From sequence record OR545507.1: 64,000 nt of DNA; one strand, written 5' to 3'. Under the pieces are notes generated by a model that was not told the DNA's origin, searched no databases, and saw only the letters and a program-made list of their open reading frames with translations. Made by a program: the position numbers and the translations under genes. Shown in pieces: positions 9,322-19,465 of this stretch (position 1 is its first letter; each line of letters opens with the position of its first letter).

Positions 9322-9526
9322 ATTTAACGTGTGGTTTATATAACATAATTAACCCATTTTTAAGTACAATGATTGTTCCTCGGTCAGTAATAGAAACGTT
9401 TTTAATTATACTTTTTTTATATGTTTCAACATATTTCTCTTCGTAATTTATACATTTAACATATTCTTTTTGTTTAGCACTTACAACAGTACTGAATAAT
9501 ATCAGTACAAGTACTATATATTTCAT
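9305..9526 (-). CDS. Small secreted protein
   Basis: MKYIVLVLILFSTVVSA-K signal-like N-terminus. Confidence 0.6.
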   Translation of the reverse strand: MKYIVLVLILFSTVVSAKQKEYVKCINYEEKYVETYKKSIIKNVSITDRGTIIVLKNGLIMLYKPHVKCEIIN

Positions 9527-9543
9527 TACTATACCTTATAAAC

Positions 9544-9574
9544 AAAAAGGAATTCATTTAAGAATTCCTATTTT
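9544..9574 (-). terminator. Intrinsic terminator
   Basis: AGGAATTC/GAATTCCT stem followed by a T-tract. Confidence 0.7.
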
Positions 9575-9578
9575 ACAA

Positions 9579-10509
9579 TCATTTATCTAACATACCATTG
9601 TGTAAACGTTCATATACTTCAGTTCGACGCAAATTCACAATATCTTCTGCGTATTTTAATGTAAATGCCCATGCTTTTGGATGTACGTTAAGCTTCATAC
9701 GAATTCGATTTTTCATCAACTCTCCACTTAAACGAATAAATTCGTGTACACCACGACTACCGTATTCAGTAATTAAATCATTAATGTACATATCACGAAG
9801 AGTTTCATCTGCACATTCTTTAACCATTTCTACGTCAGCGACGATGCTTTCATTAACTGAAGTACTGATCATTTTAATTTACCTTATTTAAATTCGACTG
9901 TAATTTTATCACCTTCAACTACGAACTTACAGTTGTAGCGACGTGCCATATCCATGTACATATGCTCAGAGTACCAGGGAACATCAATAATCGGATGCTC
10001 TGCGTATTGTAGAACTTCACGGTCGCCAACTGTAGTGATGACGAAAGAAATGTTCATCTCTCGTAAAAACAGTTCAGCACCAGGAGAACGATTAATAAAT
10101 TCAGTATCATTACGTAAAGTAAATCCATTATATTGTAATTTAAGCTTCATATGTTATCCTCTATTCAATACCATTCTTTAAAACCATTAAGTTCGGCTAT
10201 GTGAGTAATTATAACACATATAACATTCAGGTCAAGTATAATTTGATCATAATTTAATTTTATACGATCATCATTATATGCCCTAAAGACTACATCGTAA
10301 TCAAAGAAATTTGCGTTTTCATCATTCATTGAAACGATTCGGTATCTACGTCTTCCATCTGTATTGAATATTGTTAAACACTGTTGAAACTTTCTCATTA
10401 ACTGTTTAGATAGGATATTATAATATTCAATATCTTTTTGTGAATTACGTGGGTCATCAGGAAGATAGAATGAAACAAATTTCTTTAATTCTATTTGAGT
10501 TTTATCCAT
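9579..10509 (-). CDS. Three hypothetical ORFs (9579-9872, 9884-10150, 10165-10509)
   Basis: ORF track; co-oriented. Confidence 0.7.
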
Positions 10510-10942
10510 ATATTACCTCATGTGTTTCTCTTTTACTTTGTCGGAACTCATCCTTTGCTTCCTTAACTGACATGATACGAACTAATTTAGCACTACCGCA
10601 ATAGTACTGAACCTGATTACGACCAATGTCTACATGGTGGTCTGGAACTTCATATACAGATATAGCAAACCCAGCACGATGCAATTTACCTAAGTCCATA
10701 GTGAAGAATCTGAACAAATCTTTCAAACTTTGACAGCCAAATACCCATCCACTTTTGATTGAATAGATCCCATCCTCAGTTGGTTCAGGTTGGAATTGAG
10801 AAGGTGTAGTCATGAGCATACGGTCAAATCCATTTTTAGTACTGTATCTGGTTGAATACCGTGCAAACGGACCTACAGTTCGTGCAGGATCTAAGTTAGG
10901 TTCAATGTAACTAAATTTAAGTTCAAAACGATATACATACAT
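10502..10942 (-). CDS. Phage protein of the YRxE...GP[FY]...FG type, function unknown
   Basis: MYVYRFE, VGPF, PEPTEDG, VFGC.S, GF.ISVYEV, GRNQV motifs. Confidence 0.55.
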   Translation of the reverse strand: MYVYRFELKFSYIEPNLDPARTVGPFARYSTRYSTKNGFDRMLMTTPSQFQPEPTEDGIYSIKSGWVFGCQSLKDLFRFFTMDLGKLHRAGFAISVYEVPDHHVDIGRNQVQYYCGSAKLVRIMSVKEAKDEFRQSKRETHEVIYG

Positions 10943-10970
10943 AATTAAAATCCTCTAATTTATTAAGAGA

Positions 10971-11005
10971 ATTATAACAAAAAAGGCTGACCGAAGTCAA
11001 CCTTT
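10971..11005 (-). promoter_or_regulatory. Cassette copy 6 (TTGACT-18-TGnTATAAT)
   Basis: Same hairpin; contains the TGA stop of 10997-11242. Confidence 0.85.
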
Positions 11006-12294
11006 GTTTTGAAGTTCTTGAACTAATTGTCGTACTTCGTTAATATTTTTACACTGCTTTACAGTGAAGTAATCATACTTACGACCATAGGTTCTTGGGT
11101 CATCACCTTCCATATACTGCTGCACATCAAAGATTTGTAAGTAGGGATGCTGCATAACACGAATATTATCACTTTGATAAATCAACATAATATCAATCCT
11201 TATATTTACACAAGCCACCAAAACTAGTTTCTTTAGCACCACGACGCATCATAACTAATTTAGCATATTGTGTGCCATTACTATCTTCATATACATCTAC
11301 TTCAATAAACGCTAAGAAGTTAGGGTCTGTGTCGTTAGAAAACTCAGTGAAGCTAATGTCGCCTACTGTATGCTCTTTAACAAACGTATATGATTGTCCA
11401 TCAATATATACAATATCTCGATCGTCACTATCACCTTGATAGATATGTTTAATATTACCATCGGTACAAACTAAACCTTCCAATGGTTCAGCATATGACA
11501 ATCCACACATTAACATACATACAAAAAATAAAATAATTTTCATGATTATTTTCCTCCAACGTTAAGTGATTTCTTGTACTGATATTCTTTATAAGTACTA
11601 TACCATATATCACCAACGTAAATCAAGTACCACGTAGCAGGATAAAGAGCCAATCCAGTACTGATATATACGAACTTTTGGTCAAGGACATCAAATACAT
11701 ACAGAAGGAAAGTTACTCCCATAATGCAAGAACAAATTAACCACAAGTTATAAGCAATCGAATCGCAAGCAAAAATAGAATCAAGCTTAGAAATTAGGAC
11801 ATATTTGTTTGTTAAAATGAAATGAATTACTGCAACTAAACAATATCCTGCCATAAAAATAGAAATTAAAAAAGACAGAATAATTGGAATATTCAACAAC
11901 AAAAGTAAAATAGTGTTTACCATTTTTTTAAGTCCTATATTTCACAGTGTAAGTTCAATTTATCTATATCTAGGTCACGGCGTACCGATGAGTCCAAGTA
12001 AATTACTATATAGATATCACCATTACCAGTTCTTGGGTCTACAATTAATATTACGTTTGCTAATGTACCAGAATCATCTCTATAAGTCGAGATTTTTTTA
12101 TTACCGATAATACTTTCTACTTTAAAACGATAAATCACACCATCAACAACTATATTTTTACCATTTCTAGGGTCGTTAGTCAATACATGCCACGTTCCCT
12201 TAGTACTACGACAATATGTTTCTGCTGCTGCACCATAACTAAAACATGAAAATAATGCACACACAAGTGCTATTAATTTTATATAACTCTTCAT
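10997..12294 (-). CDS. Four ORFs: 10997-11242 hypothetical; 11193-11543 secreted; 11546-11923 membrane; 11935-12294 secreted
   Basis: Signal-like MKIILFFVCMLMCGLSYA-E and MKSYIKLIALVCALFSCFSYG-A; hydrophobic helices in 11546-11923. Confidence 0.7.
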
Positions 12295-12372
12295 AACAAA
12301 CCTCTAACGAGAAATACTTCTGTACTATATATATGTACAGAAGTATTTAATACTATAGAGATATTTTCACTG

Positions 12373-12999
12373 TTACATCTTATTCGTGAACTTGAATTTG
12401 ATAATATCAATCCAAATTTTAACATTTCCTGCAAATAGTGCTTTGATTAGCCACATAATTGCAACAAAGTTCTCAACTAAATCCAAAGTTTTAACTACTG
12501 CACCGAGTGGGAAGATAAAACTCAAAACCCATACAATTACTGAAACCACAACGACTGTATAGAAAATACGCACAATCGGTGAATCAAGCATAAACAACTC
12601 AGAGAACTCTTTTTTATCATTATCATCAGTAATAAAGCATTCGTAAACCAGAAGCCAAATCAGAATTAAAGACGGAATTGAAATTAGTACTGATAGCATA
12701 TTTTTTACCTCAAGTTTAAGTGTTAAGTTTCAGACTACAGGAACCATTATACAGTACTACGAACGTTTGTCAACATTTGTTTCTTCAATAAGCATAAGAT
12801 AACTTAACACGAAGAGTAATACCGAAATAATATCAATAACTGTAAAGCTCACTGGAATGATAATAGACACCAGTACTAATGCCACGTTTAGCAAGAATAC
12901 AGTAGTGAGATCTACCATCGTTCGTCTAGTGGCTAATGCCACTAGTGTAGGATAGAACATAAACAATAGTGCAACAACAAAACTTAGTACTAGATACAT
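12373..12999 (-). CDS. Two small membrane proteins (12373-12699, 12757-12999)
   Basis: Multiple hydrophobic segments; promoter TTGACA-16-TATAAT at 12746-12773. Confidence 0.65.
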
Positions 13000-13670
13000 T
13001 TCTTTTTCACCTTAATAAAATTATAACACAAAACCACATCAACATCTGGTTCATCATACAAGTACTCAAAACGTTCTTTACTTCGTTTAGTACCGATATA
13101 CTCACCATTCTTATGCCAACGCCATCCACCATCCTTTGGTTGTTCAGACTTAAGTACTGGGTGATAGCACAGGACAATTTCTTCTGGACCTTCAATTAGG
13201 TTCTTGTACTTATTCATAATCTGTTCAAGCGTATCTGCTACACCATAAGATGGATGCATAAGATAAGACTCAGGACGTGGACGTCCACTTGGTAGAATAT
13301 CATCAGTACTATTAAAGATAGCACGGAAGTCTTCAGATGTGTATAGACTTCCATCTTCATGGATCATTGGGTATTCATCCACTACATCGTAATCAGTGAA
13401 GTGTTCAATTGCATGTCCAGGTCGATAACCTGCAAGGATACCTGCATGTTTAGTCTGGACAATAGTCATAACAGATGTATTGTTGTTTACAGTTGGATCA
13501 TGAATTTCAGCCCAGAACGGATGATTTGGGTCAAAAGTTGCATTTACCAATGTACACTCACCAATGTAATCAAACATAGTTTCCTTGAAGTTTAAAGAAA
13601 CCCCACGTAATGCCCAGTCAGGTGAAGTGATGAAATTAAGATTAACTAACATAAGTATCCTCAGATGCAA
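12990..13670 (-). CDS. Conserved-looking phage protein, function unknown
   Basis: YGVADT..QI, GGWRWHKNGEYIG and EYLYDEP motifs. Confidence 0.65.
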   Translation of the reverse strand: MHLRILMLVNLNFITSPDWALRGVSLNFKETMFDYIGECTLVNATFDPNHPFWAEIHDPTVNNNTSVMTIVQTKHAGILAGYRPGHAIEHFTDYDVVDEYPMIHEDGSLYTSEDFRAIFNSTDDILPSGRPRPESYLMHPSYGVADTLEQIMNKYKNLIEGPEEIVLCYHPVLKSEQPKDGGWRWHKNGEYIGTKRSKERFEYLYDEPDVDVVLCYNFIKVKKKCI

Positions 13671-13683
13671 TTTTTTGATGTGG

Positions 13684-14335
13684 TTATTGTATCAAAGATG
13701 TATCTATTTGTACAACATTTATTGTAACTATTTCGTACATATAGTCAGGTGCATTGAACTCAGCATACCACTCAATGATCTCACAGGCAGCATCAACTTG
13801 GTTGTTCGCATTAACACGTCTTGCATAGGTACTAGACATTTTATATCTACCATTTACATACACGTTATATACACCATGACACCACCACATCTTAGTCATT
13901 TATGCTAGGCCATACTTTGTATTGTAAGTTCTGGTATTGAAATTTACCAATTTCATTTTTCTTACGGAATGATTCATCTACTTGAATTTCCGCATCGTAC
14001 TGACCATCAGCCTGTACAACGTACTTAAATTCTTCTACGTGTGAAAAACGTTGACCTTCACCTTCTGGTTTATAGACTTGTACTAAACCTTCAACTAGAT
14101 ATAAATTCATTTATCATTCCTCATCACTTTCAGTTAGCATAATGCTATGTACAGTTTCCACATAGCGGTGTGTTTTGGGTGTGTTATACTTTGTAATTTC
14201 ATCAAACAATTTAAACAGTGCATCTACTTCACTAAGAGCACGAATGAATACATCCATCTTGGTGACTACTCTGGAAAACCCGCGTATGTTATTAAATTCA
14301 GAGACGTGTTCATACACAACATAGTATCTATTCAT
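13684..14335 (-). CDS. Three small hypothetical ORFs (13684-13899, 13892-14110, 14114-14335)
   Basis: ORF track; overlapping start/stop codons. Confidence 0.7.
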
Positions 14336-14850
14336 ATATTAAAAAGTTCCATGAATTCATTGAATAAAGAAGTTCTAATGCACATAACAAATTCAAAGTC
14401 AACATCGATGGTGTCAAGTAGTTTGAACAACTTTGGTACTAATGGATCATTCACCTCAAAGTTATGAATCAAACTTTGTTGAAACACATTTTCTTCAGTA
14501 CTATAATCAATAACAAAATATTCAGCAATACCAGGTGGTGTGTAAACATCATATAAAATATGGCGGTGATGATTTGTTTTAGAACTAGGGGAATATATAA
14601 GTTCTATTTCATAAGATTTATCAGCACTGCGTGCGTAACAAACAATATCAGTACTTGTTATTTCTGAACCATCACTTCTCTCTGAAAAACAAACATCAGC
14701 ATAGCGTTTTCCAGAGAGATTCAAAAGATCATGAGTTGTTTTACCATAACAGAAATCAGTTTCAATGCGTATCACATCTTGATATTCAATTGGTCTTGTA
14801 TCGCGGCGTTCACGATTAAACACTAATTTCAACAACTCATTAATATCCAT
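14332..14850 (-). CDS. EExxFQxS family protein
   Basis: STEENVFQQSLIHNF. Confidence 0.75.
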   Translation of the reverse strand: MDINELLKLVFNRERRDTRPIEYQDVIRIETDFCYGKTTHDLLNLSGKRYADVCFSERSDGSEITSTDIVCYARSADKSYEIELIYSPSSKTNHHRHILYDVYTPPGIAEYFVIDYSTEENVFQQSLIHNFEVNDPLVPKLFKLLDTIDVDFEFVMCIRTSLFNEFMELFNI

Positions 14851-15417
14851 TACTTAGTCTCAATAACCTTTAGATTTACAAAGTCACCTTTAACCTTCAT
14901 ACATTTGTATTCAGTGCGAGTTTCATCACCAGCATCACGAGGCCAATGAGTTGCAGAGTAACACTGATCAGGTGTTTTATATACACCTTCACCAACGGTG
15001 CGAGTGATTTCACCATTAGTTAGTACTACTGCAAGATATAAAGTAAACATATTAGTCCTTAGAATAATTTATTAATAATAATAGCACCCAAACCAAGTAC
15101 TGCAATAATTGCAGATACCCACATTACCGCGTTCACTGCACCTGTGAGTTCTTTATCAAACTCTCGGCACTTCTTGCGGTAATCTTCCCACTCTTTGTTA
15201 TTCACACTACCACTCCTAATAGGTCGGTAGCTTTCTTGAGAACTACATCAATCGTTTCCAGTACTGCACCTTTGTGTTCAATTGATACAATATTATTATA
15301 AGTATCAAGGTCCAAGTACTCCATATATTCTGTTTTGAATACACGAACTTCAGTACTGGTGATTTTAATATCACAACCTTTATCCCAAATAACCTGCATC
15401 ATTTCATTGGTAGTCAT
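14850..15417 (-). CDS. Three small ORFs (14850-15050; 15059-15205 membrane, not in track; 15202-15417)
   Basis: ORF track plus manual translation. Confidence 0.65.
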
Positions 15418-15692
15418 TATTCAACCTTATCATAAACAAGTTTGTGTGTGCTTAGTACTTTGTTGTGATGTCCAGGGCATTCATATACATACAATCGCTC
15501 CTGACGTTTTTCCCAACCACCACAGATACGACCTGATTGTGTACATATTTCATACTCGTTAATAAAAGACTTGCCTGTGAATGTACAATCCTGACGAACT
15601 AAGTCTTTTGCACTAAACCTGCCGTCATCATTACATGCTGTAAGAAACATTGTACAGAATACAAAGACAACTGTCAATAGTTTTTTAATCAT
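15417..15692 (-). CDS. Putative lipoprotein
   Basis: Lipobox-like FLTA-C. Confidence 0.7.
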   Translation of the reverse strand: MIKKLLTVVFVFCTMFLTACNDDGRFSAKDLVRQDCTFTGKSFINEYEICTQSGRICGGWEKRQERLYVYECPGHHNKVLSTHKLVYDKVE

Positions 15693-16057
15693 TGAATATC
15701 ACCCCAACGGAAACCTTTCATATAATTCAAATTCACCTCAACTAGTTCATGTGTTTTTGTACACCAAATGGAGAGAGTTTTTGTAACATCACCAGGTTCA
15801 GATTCATAATTCACACAATAACCTTCAATGCGTAGAGTTTTGTTAGTCCAATGTTCCCACTCAATCCAAATTTCATTTGGATAATAAACCATATCTTCTT
15901 TGAACGTATGGAATTGATCCATTGGTAAATGACCTTTAACTTCAATTACTTCAGCACTTCGAGCCAGTTTTTCAAGCTTGTACTTTATTTCAGCAAGATA
16001 TTCTTCATCATTCAGACGAGTGAATAAATCTGTTGCACGGGTTGTATCAAGGCTCAT
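15689..16057 (-). CDS. Hypothetical protein (122 aa)
   Basis: ORF track. Confidence 0.7.
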   Translation of the reverse strand: MSLDTTRATDLFTRLNDEEYLAEIKYKLEKLARSAEVIEVKGHLPMDQFHTFKEDMVYYPNEIWIEWEHWTNKTLRIEGYCVNYESEPGDVTKTLSIWCTKTHELVEVNLNYMKGFRWGDIQ

Positions 16058-16305
16058 TGTTGTACTCCATTAATCACTGAAGTGTTGATTCGTGTTTTTC
16101 CGCTAGTGTATCCAGTACTGGTGTTTGCATTAGGACAATAAACTGTATACAACGTTGCACCAGCACCTTCCTGTTGCATACGATAAATCTTACATCCTGC
16201 TTCTTTTAATTCAGTAGGGAGTTCAAAATCACTTGTGCGTTCTTTGGTTGAAGCATCACATGCAGTGAGTAAAAATGCGACGAGTACTGCTACAATGTAT
16301 TTCAT
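16054..16305 (-). CDS. Putative lipoprotein
   Basis: Lipobox-like LLTA-C. Confidence 0.75.
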   Translation of the reverse strand: MKYIVAVLVAFLLTACDASTKERTSDFELPTELKEAGCKIYRMQQEGAGATLYTVYCPNANTSTGYTSGKTRINTSVINGVQQ

Positions 16306-17574
16306 TAACGAACCTCCACTTCTTGAGAAAGAGCATGAGTCAGTGCATTTGAGTTCGAACCATTCATTTCACGCTGACATACAAACATAATGGCATCTTG
16401 TACTGAACCTGCGATTTCATACTCACGACCTTCTGGATCAGTTACCAGATGTTCAACGATACAACCACCTCTCAGTACAGAAGCACCAGTACTTACACTA
16501 ATTCTGTAACCTAAGAAATCAAACTGCATACATGCGTCAGTAGGTTTCATCCAATAACCGCTGTTTTGATTCAAATCGATGATTACAAAACCTTGAGTGT
16601 TAGTTTGAAACATAGTTAATTCCTCATTTAATTTAAAAGGGCGGGAACGCAGTGACGAGTACGATTATGCTGTCTTTCCTTTCACTGCATTCCCTTTGAT
16701 ATAAACATTATACTGCTATTATTCAGTACTGTCAATCGATATAAGTACCTTTTTTAACATCACAGACTTCTTCCATCCAATGTGGATTTTCGTTTTTATC
16801 AGTGAAGATTTGTTCTGCTTCTTCTTTTGTTTCAGCTAGGACAATACGATCCCCTTCATCCAAATCACGGATACGATACACTTTCAGTTCTTGTTTCTTC
16901 TCAAGGATATTACACAGTTCACGTGCTTTTTCTTCATCGCACTTCCCTTCATTAGCATAAAACCAAATTGCTTTTTTAATAAGGTCACGTTCTTCTTTAG
17001 AAAAAGACATAATATTTCCTATCATTTGTTAAAGTGGATTTCGTTTGATATAAACATTATACAGTACTGATATCTTCTGTCAAGTATTAATCACCAAAAA
17101 TCATCATATACCCAAAGCAAGCAACACAGATGACTAAAACTAACAATACCAACGATAGCCTCTAACATCATTTTATATCCTTAATCGATAATTTTATATT
17201 CACGATGACCATAGAAGCCAGCTTCAAGGATGCGATTACCATCAGCATCTTCCAAGTCCCAACCACGGGATGTTTCGGCAATAATAGTCATGATGTGACC
17301 TCTTGGGAAAATTCCACTCAGAGTGGATACATCCTCAAGTAATTGAACTTTCTTTCCAACATTGGAATTCGGTTTAAACATTTTATGGCCCTTATTCATT
17401 GATCACATCAAGTACTTTGTCCAGCTTTTTACCAATACTTTCCTTTGGTTTCTCACCATTCTGGAATACATTAGTACTGCAATACTCAGGACGCGTATTA
17501 GGAAACTTCTCGTTCATCCAGGAGTGACCGTAAACACCCAGCATGATGCCAACGATAAGAATGATAATTTGCAT
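16305..17574 (-). CDS. Small hypothetical ORFs (16305-16613, 16732-17025, 17181-17399, 17392-17574)
   Basis: ORF track; promoters at 16707-16735 and 17056-17083. Confidence 0.7.
16707..16735 (-). promoter_or_regulatory. Early promoter TTGACA-17-TATAAT(GTTTAT)
   Basis: Consensus hexamers; -35 overlaps the upstream TGA stop and an AGTACT. Confidence 0.85.
17056..17083 (-). promoter_or_regulatory. Early promoter TTGACA-16-TATAAT(GTTTAT)
   Basis: Consensus hexamers, AGTACT in the spacer. Confidence 0.8.
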
Positions 17575-17589
17575 GATAATTTCCTCTGA

Positions 17590-18378
17590 TTAAATGTTAG
17601 TAGTATAGTACTTGATTTCGTTTTGAATTGCAAGTTCTATTTGTTTATTGAAAAGAATTCCAAACTCTTTAATTGATTCACAATCGAATTCAATAGAAAA
17701 AGTATACTCTGGTACACGTACATTGTCAATACCCAAATACTCTTTTATGTAAATTTTAATGAGTTTACATAGTGCAGTACTAAGACATTGAATTTCAAAA
17801 TGTTTTGCACCTTTGTCAAAATACTTGAATGCATCAATATCACCGACAATAAAACTATTCTTTAATGTAGTGAATAGGTTCTCAGGAAACACGGTAATAG
17901 GTGACATTGATTTAAGAATGTATGTATCTTTGGCATTCTTAATGTACTCAATGAAGCAGTAGTTAACGTCAGGCTCGATTGAACGATCCGCGTTATGATA
18001 CCAGTGTTTAAACTCACTGTACTCAGCAAACTTATGCTGGCGTAATGCGTTACAATCTTCACACAATGCAGTCATGTTCTCTTTATCATTACCGCCCTGA
18101 AGACAGTCCAGTATGTTATGGTCTAACGTCATGCGTACAAGACGTTTCCCTTTAAGTACATAAGGTCTGAATTTATAACGTTCTTTAGTACTGTGCTTAT
18201 GTAAAGTGAATACCACATTGGATTCACCACAACAATCACATTTAAAGCCATCACGTGACATTACATGAATGAGTTTGCGTGTGTTCGGTCCAAACTCAGA
18301 TTTAGTAATGTTATCCACAATTTCTGATGGTTGGTAATATTTTGAATTCCGTTGAATCAGTTCATCGATAGTGCTCAT
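17590..18378 (-). CDS. HNH endonuclease family protein
   Basis: CDCCG zinc knuckle, TLDHN...GGND.EN...LCEDCN motif. Confidence 0.8.
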   Translation of the reverse strand: MSTIDELIQRNSKYYQPSEIVDNITKSEFGPNTRKLIHVMSRDGFKCDCCGESNVVFTLHKHSTKERYKFRPYVLKGKRLVRMTLDHNILDCLQGGNDKENMTALCEDCNALRQHKFAEYSEFKHWYHNADRSIEPDVNYCFIEYIKNAKDTYILKSMSPITVFPENLFTTLKNSFIVGDIDAFKYFDKGAKHFEIQCLSTALCKLIKIYIKEYLGIDNVRVPEYTFSIEFDCESIKEFGILFNKQIELAIQNEIKYYTTNI

Positions 18379-18815
18379 TTACATTATTCCTTCTATGCAA
18401 CAACCAAGAATTACTTTTTTAACTTCAACAACTCGTACCAAATAGAATCCATTTGAAAAGTTAAAACTATACATTTGTACTAAGGCATCTGCTTCAGATT
18501 TCGCACGGATACATGATAGATAAATTTCACGTATATCATCATCCAACGATACTTGTTTCTCTGCATTGATGACAATAGAACGAATCTCAAAACTAACACC
18601 ATAACTCATTGAGTTTGTCCTACAATAAGCTTTGTGTTAGTATTACTATTGTAACACCACATTTGTTCTTTATTAACTGTAATCCAAATATCTTTGTTTA
18701 CTTGTTCGTATGTACTATCACGTACTGCTATGCATTGATTCATGGAATTCATTGGGGTTATTTGTATACCGGAATTAACAGAGAAAGCGACTACTAAAAA
18801 GATTACTGAATTCAT
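18379..18815 (-). CDS. Two small hypothetical ORFs (18379-18609, 18606-18815)
   Basis: ORF track; promoter TTGACA-17-TAGAAT at 18880-18908. Confidence 0.65.
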
Positions 18816-18911
18816 TGGATATTCCTTAATGGTTAATCATCCATCTCTTCGAGATGTCTGTTCGCTTCTAATACTACGTATTCTACGCGAATGATTAATA
18901 ACTGTCAAGGA

Positions 18912-19395
18912 CTTTTAATATTGACGGGATTTGAGGAAGGGATTTTTCTTCCCCCCACAAGGAGGGAAATTTGACGCTGATGGTATCAGAGCTATTGCAT
19001 TGAAGATTACTCATAACGAGTGCGAAAGCGGGTCATCCTGTTTCTCTCTACTTCAGTTTCATATGACGGTCTACACTTTTAAACATAGTGTATCTTCATT
19101 AAGTATCTATGCAATCAAATACTTAATGTGAGTACTCAAATTTTGGACGCAACTTTCCTGTACAAAATTCGATAACTCTCCCTTAGATAATTCGTAAGGT
19201 GTTATCCTTATATGTCTATCAAGGAACCACCAGCTATCCTAACGTGGTTCTTTATACAGCCGCATTGCCGTGAGGGGTTCAAACTATGCCCACATCTAAC
19301 GGGTTTCTTTTGCTGTTCGCACTGTCGGACTGCTCAACTGCCCTCTACGTTTTCGAGTGGATCAGGTACATGAATATCATGCCAACAGAATTGTA
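18912..19395 (-). ncRNA. Candidate large structured non-coding RNA
   Basis: No credible ORF; visibly richer in GC; extended -10 TGATATAAT at about 19403-19411; at least 5 hairpins. Confidence 0.5.
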
Positions 19396-19432
19396 CAAGA
19401 TAATTATATCACAAACTTTTACTTCATCCCAT

Positions 19433-19463
19433 AAAAAAAGGTTGGCATAAGCCAACCTTTTTT
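19433..19463. terminator. Bidirectional intrinsic terminator after the sigma gene
   Basis: A7-GGTTGGC-ATAA-GCCAACC-T6. Confidence 0.9.
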
Positions 19464-19465
19464 CT

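Noticed and set aside
357-11005. Repeated hairpins as REP elements or IS ends
   Set aside because: Position after stops, UUCG loop, U-tract and embedded -35/-10 fit terminator/promoter cassettes; no transposase or target-site duplication was seen.
18931-19131. 66-aa plus-strand ORF in the large gap
   Set aside because: TTG start, no RBS, atypical composition; a minus-strand structured RNA explains the region better.
18912-19395. tmRNA or RNase P identity for the gap
   Set aside because: I found no tRNA-like acceptor/T-arm ends with CCA, no tag frame and no RNase P P4 consensus by eye; left unassigned pending Infernal.
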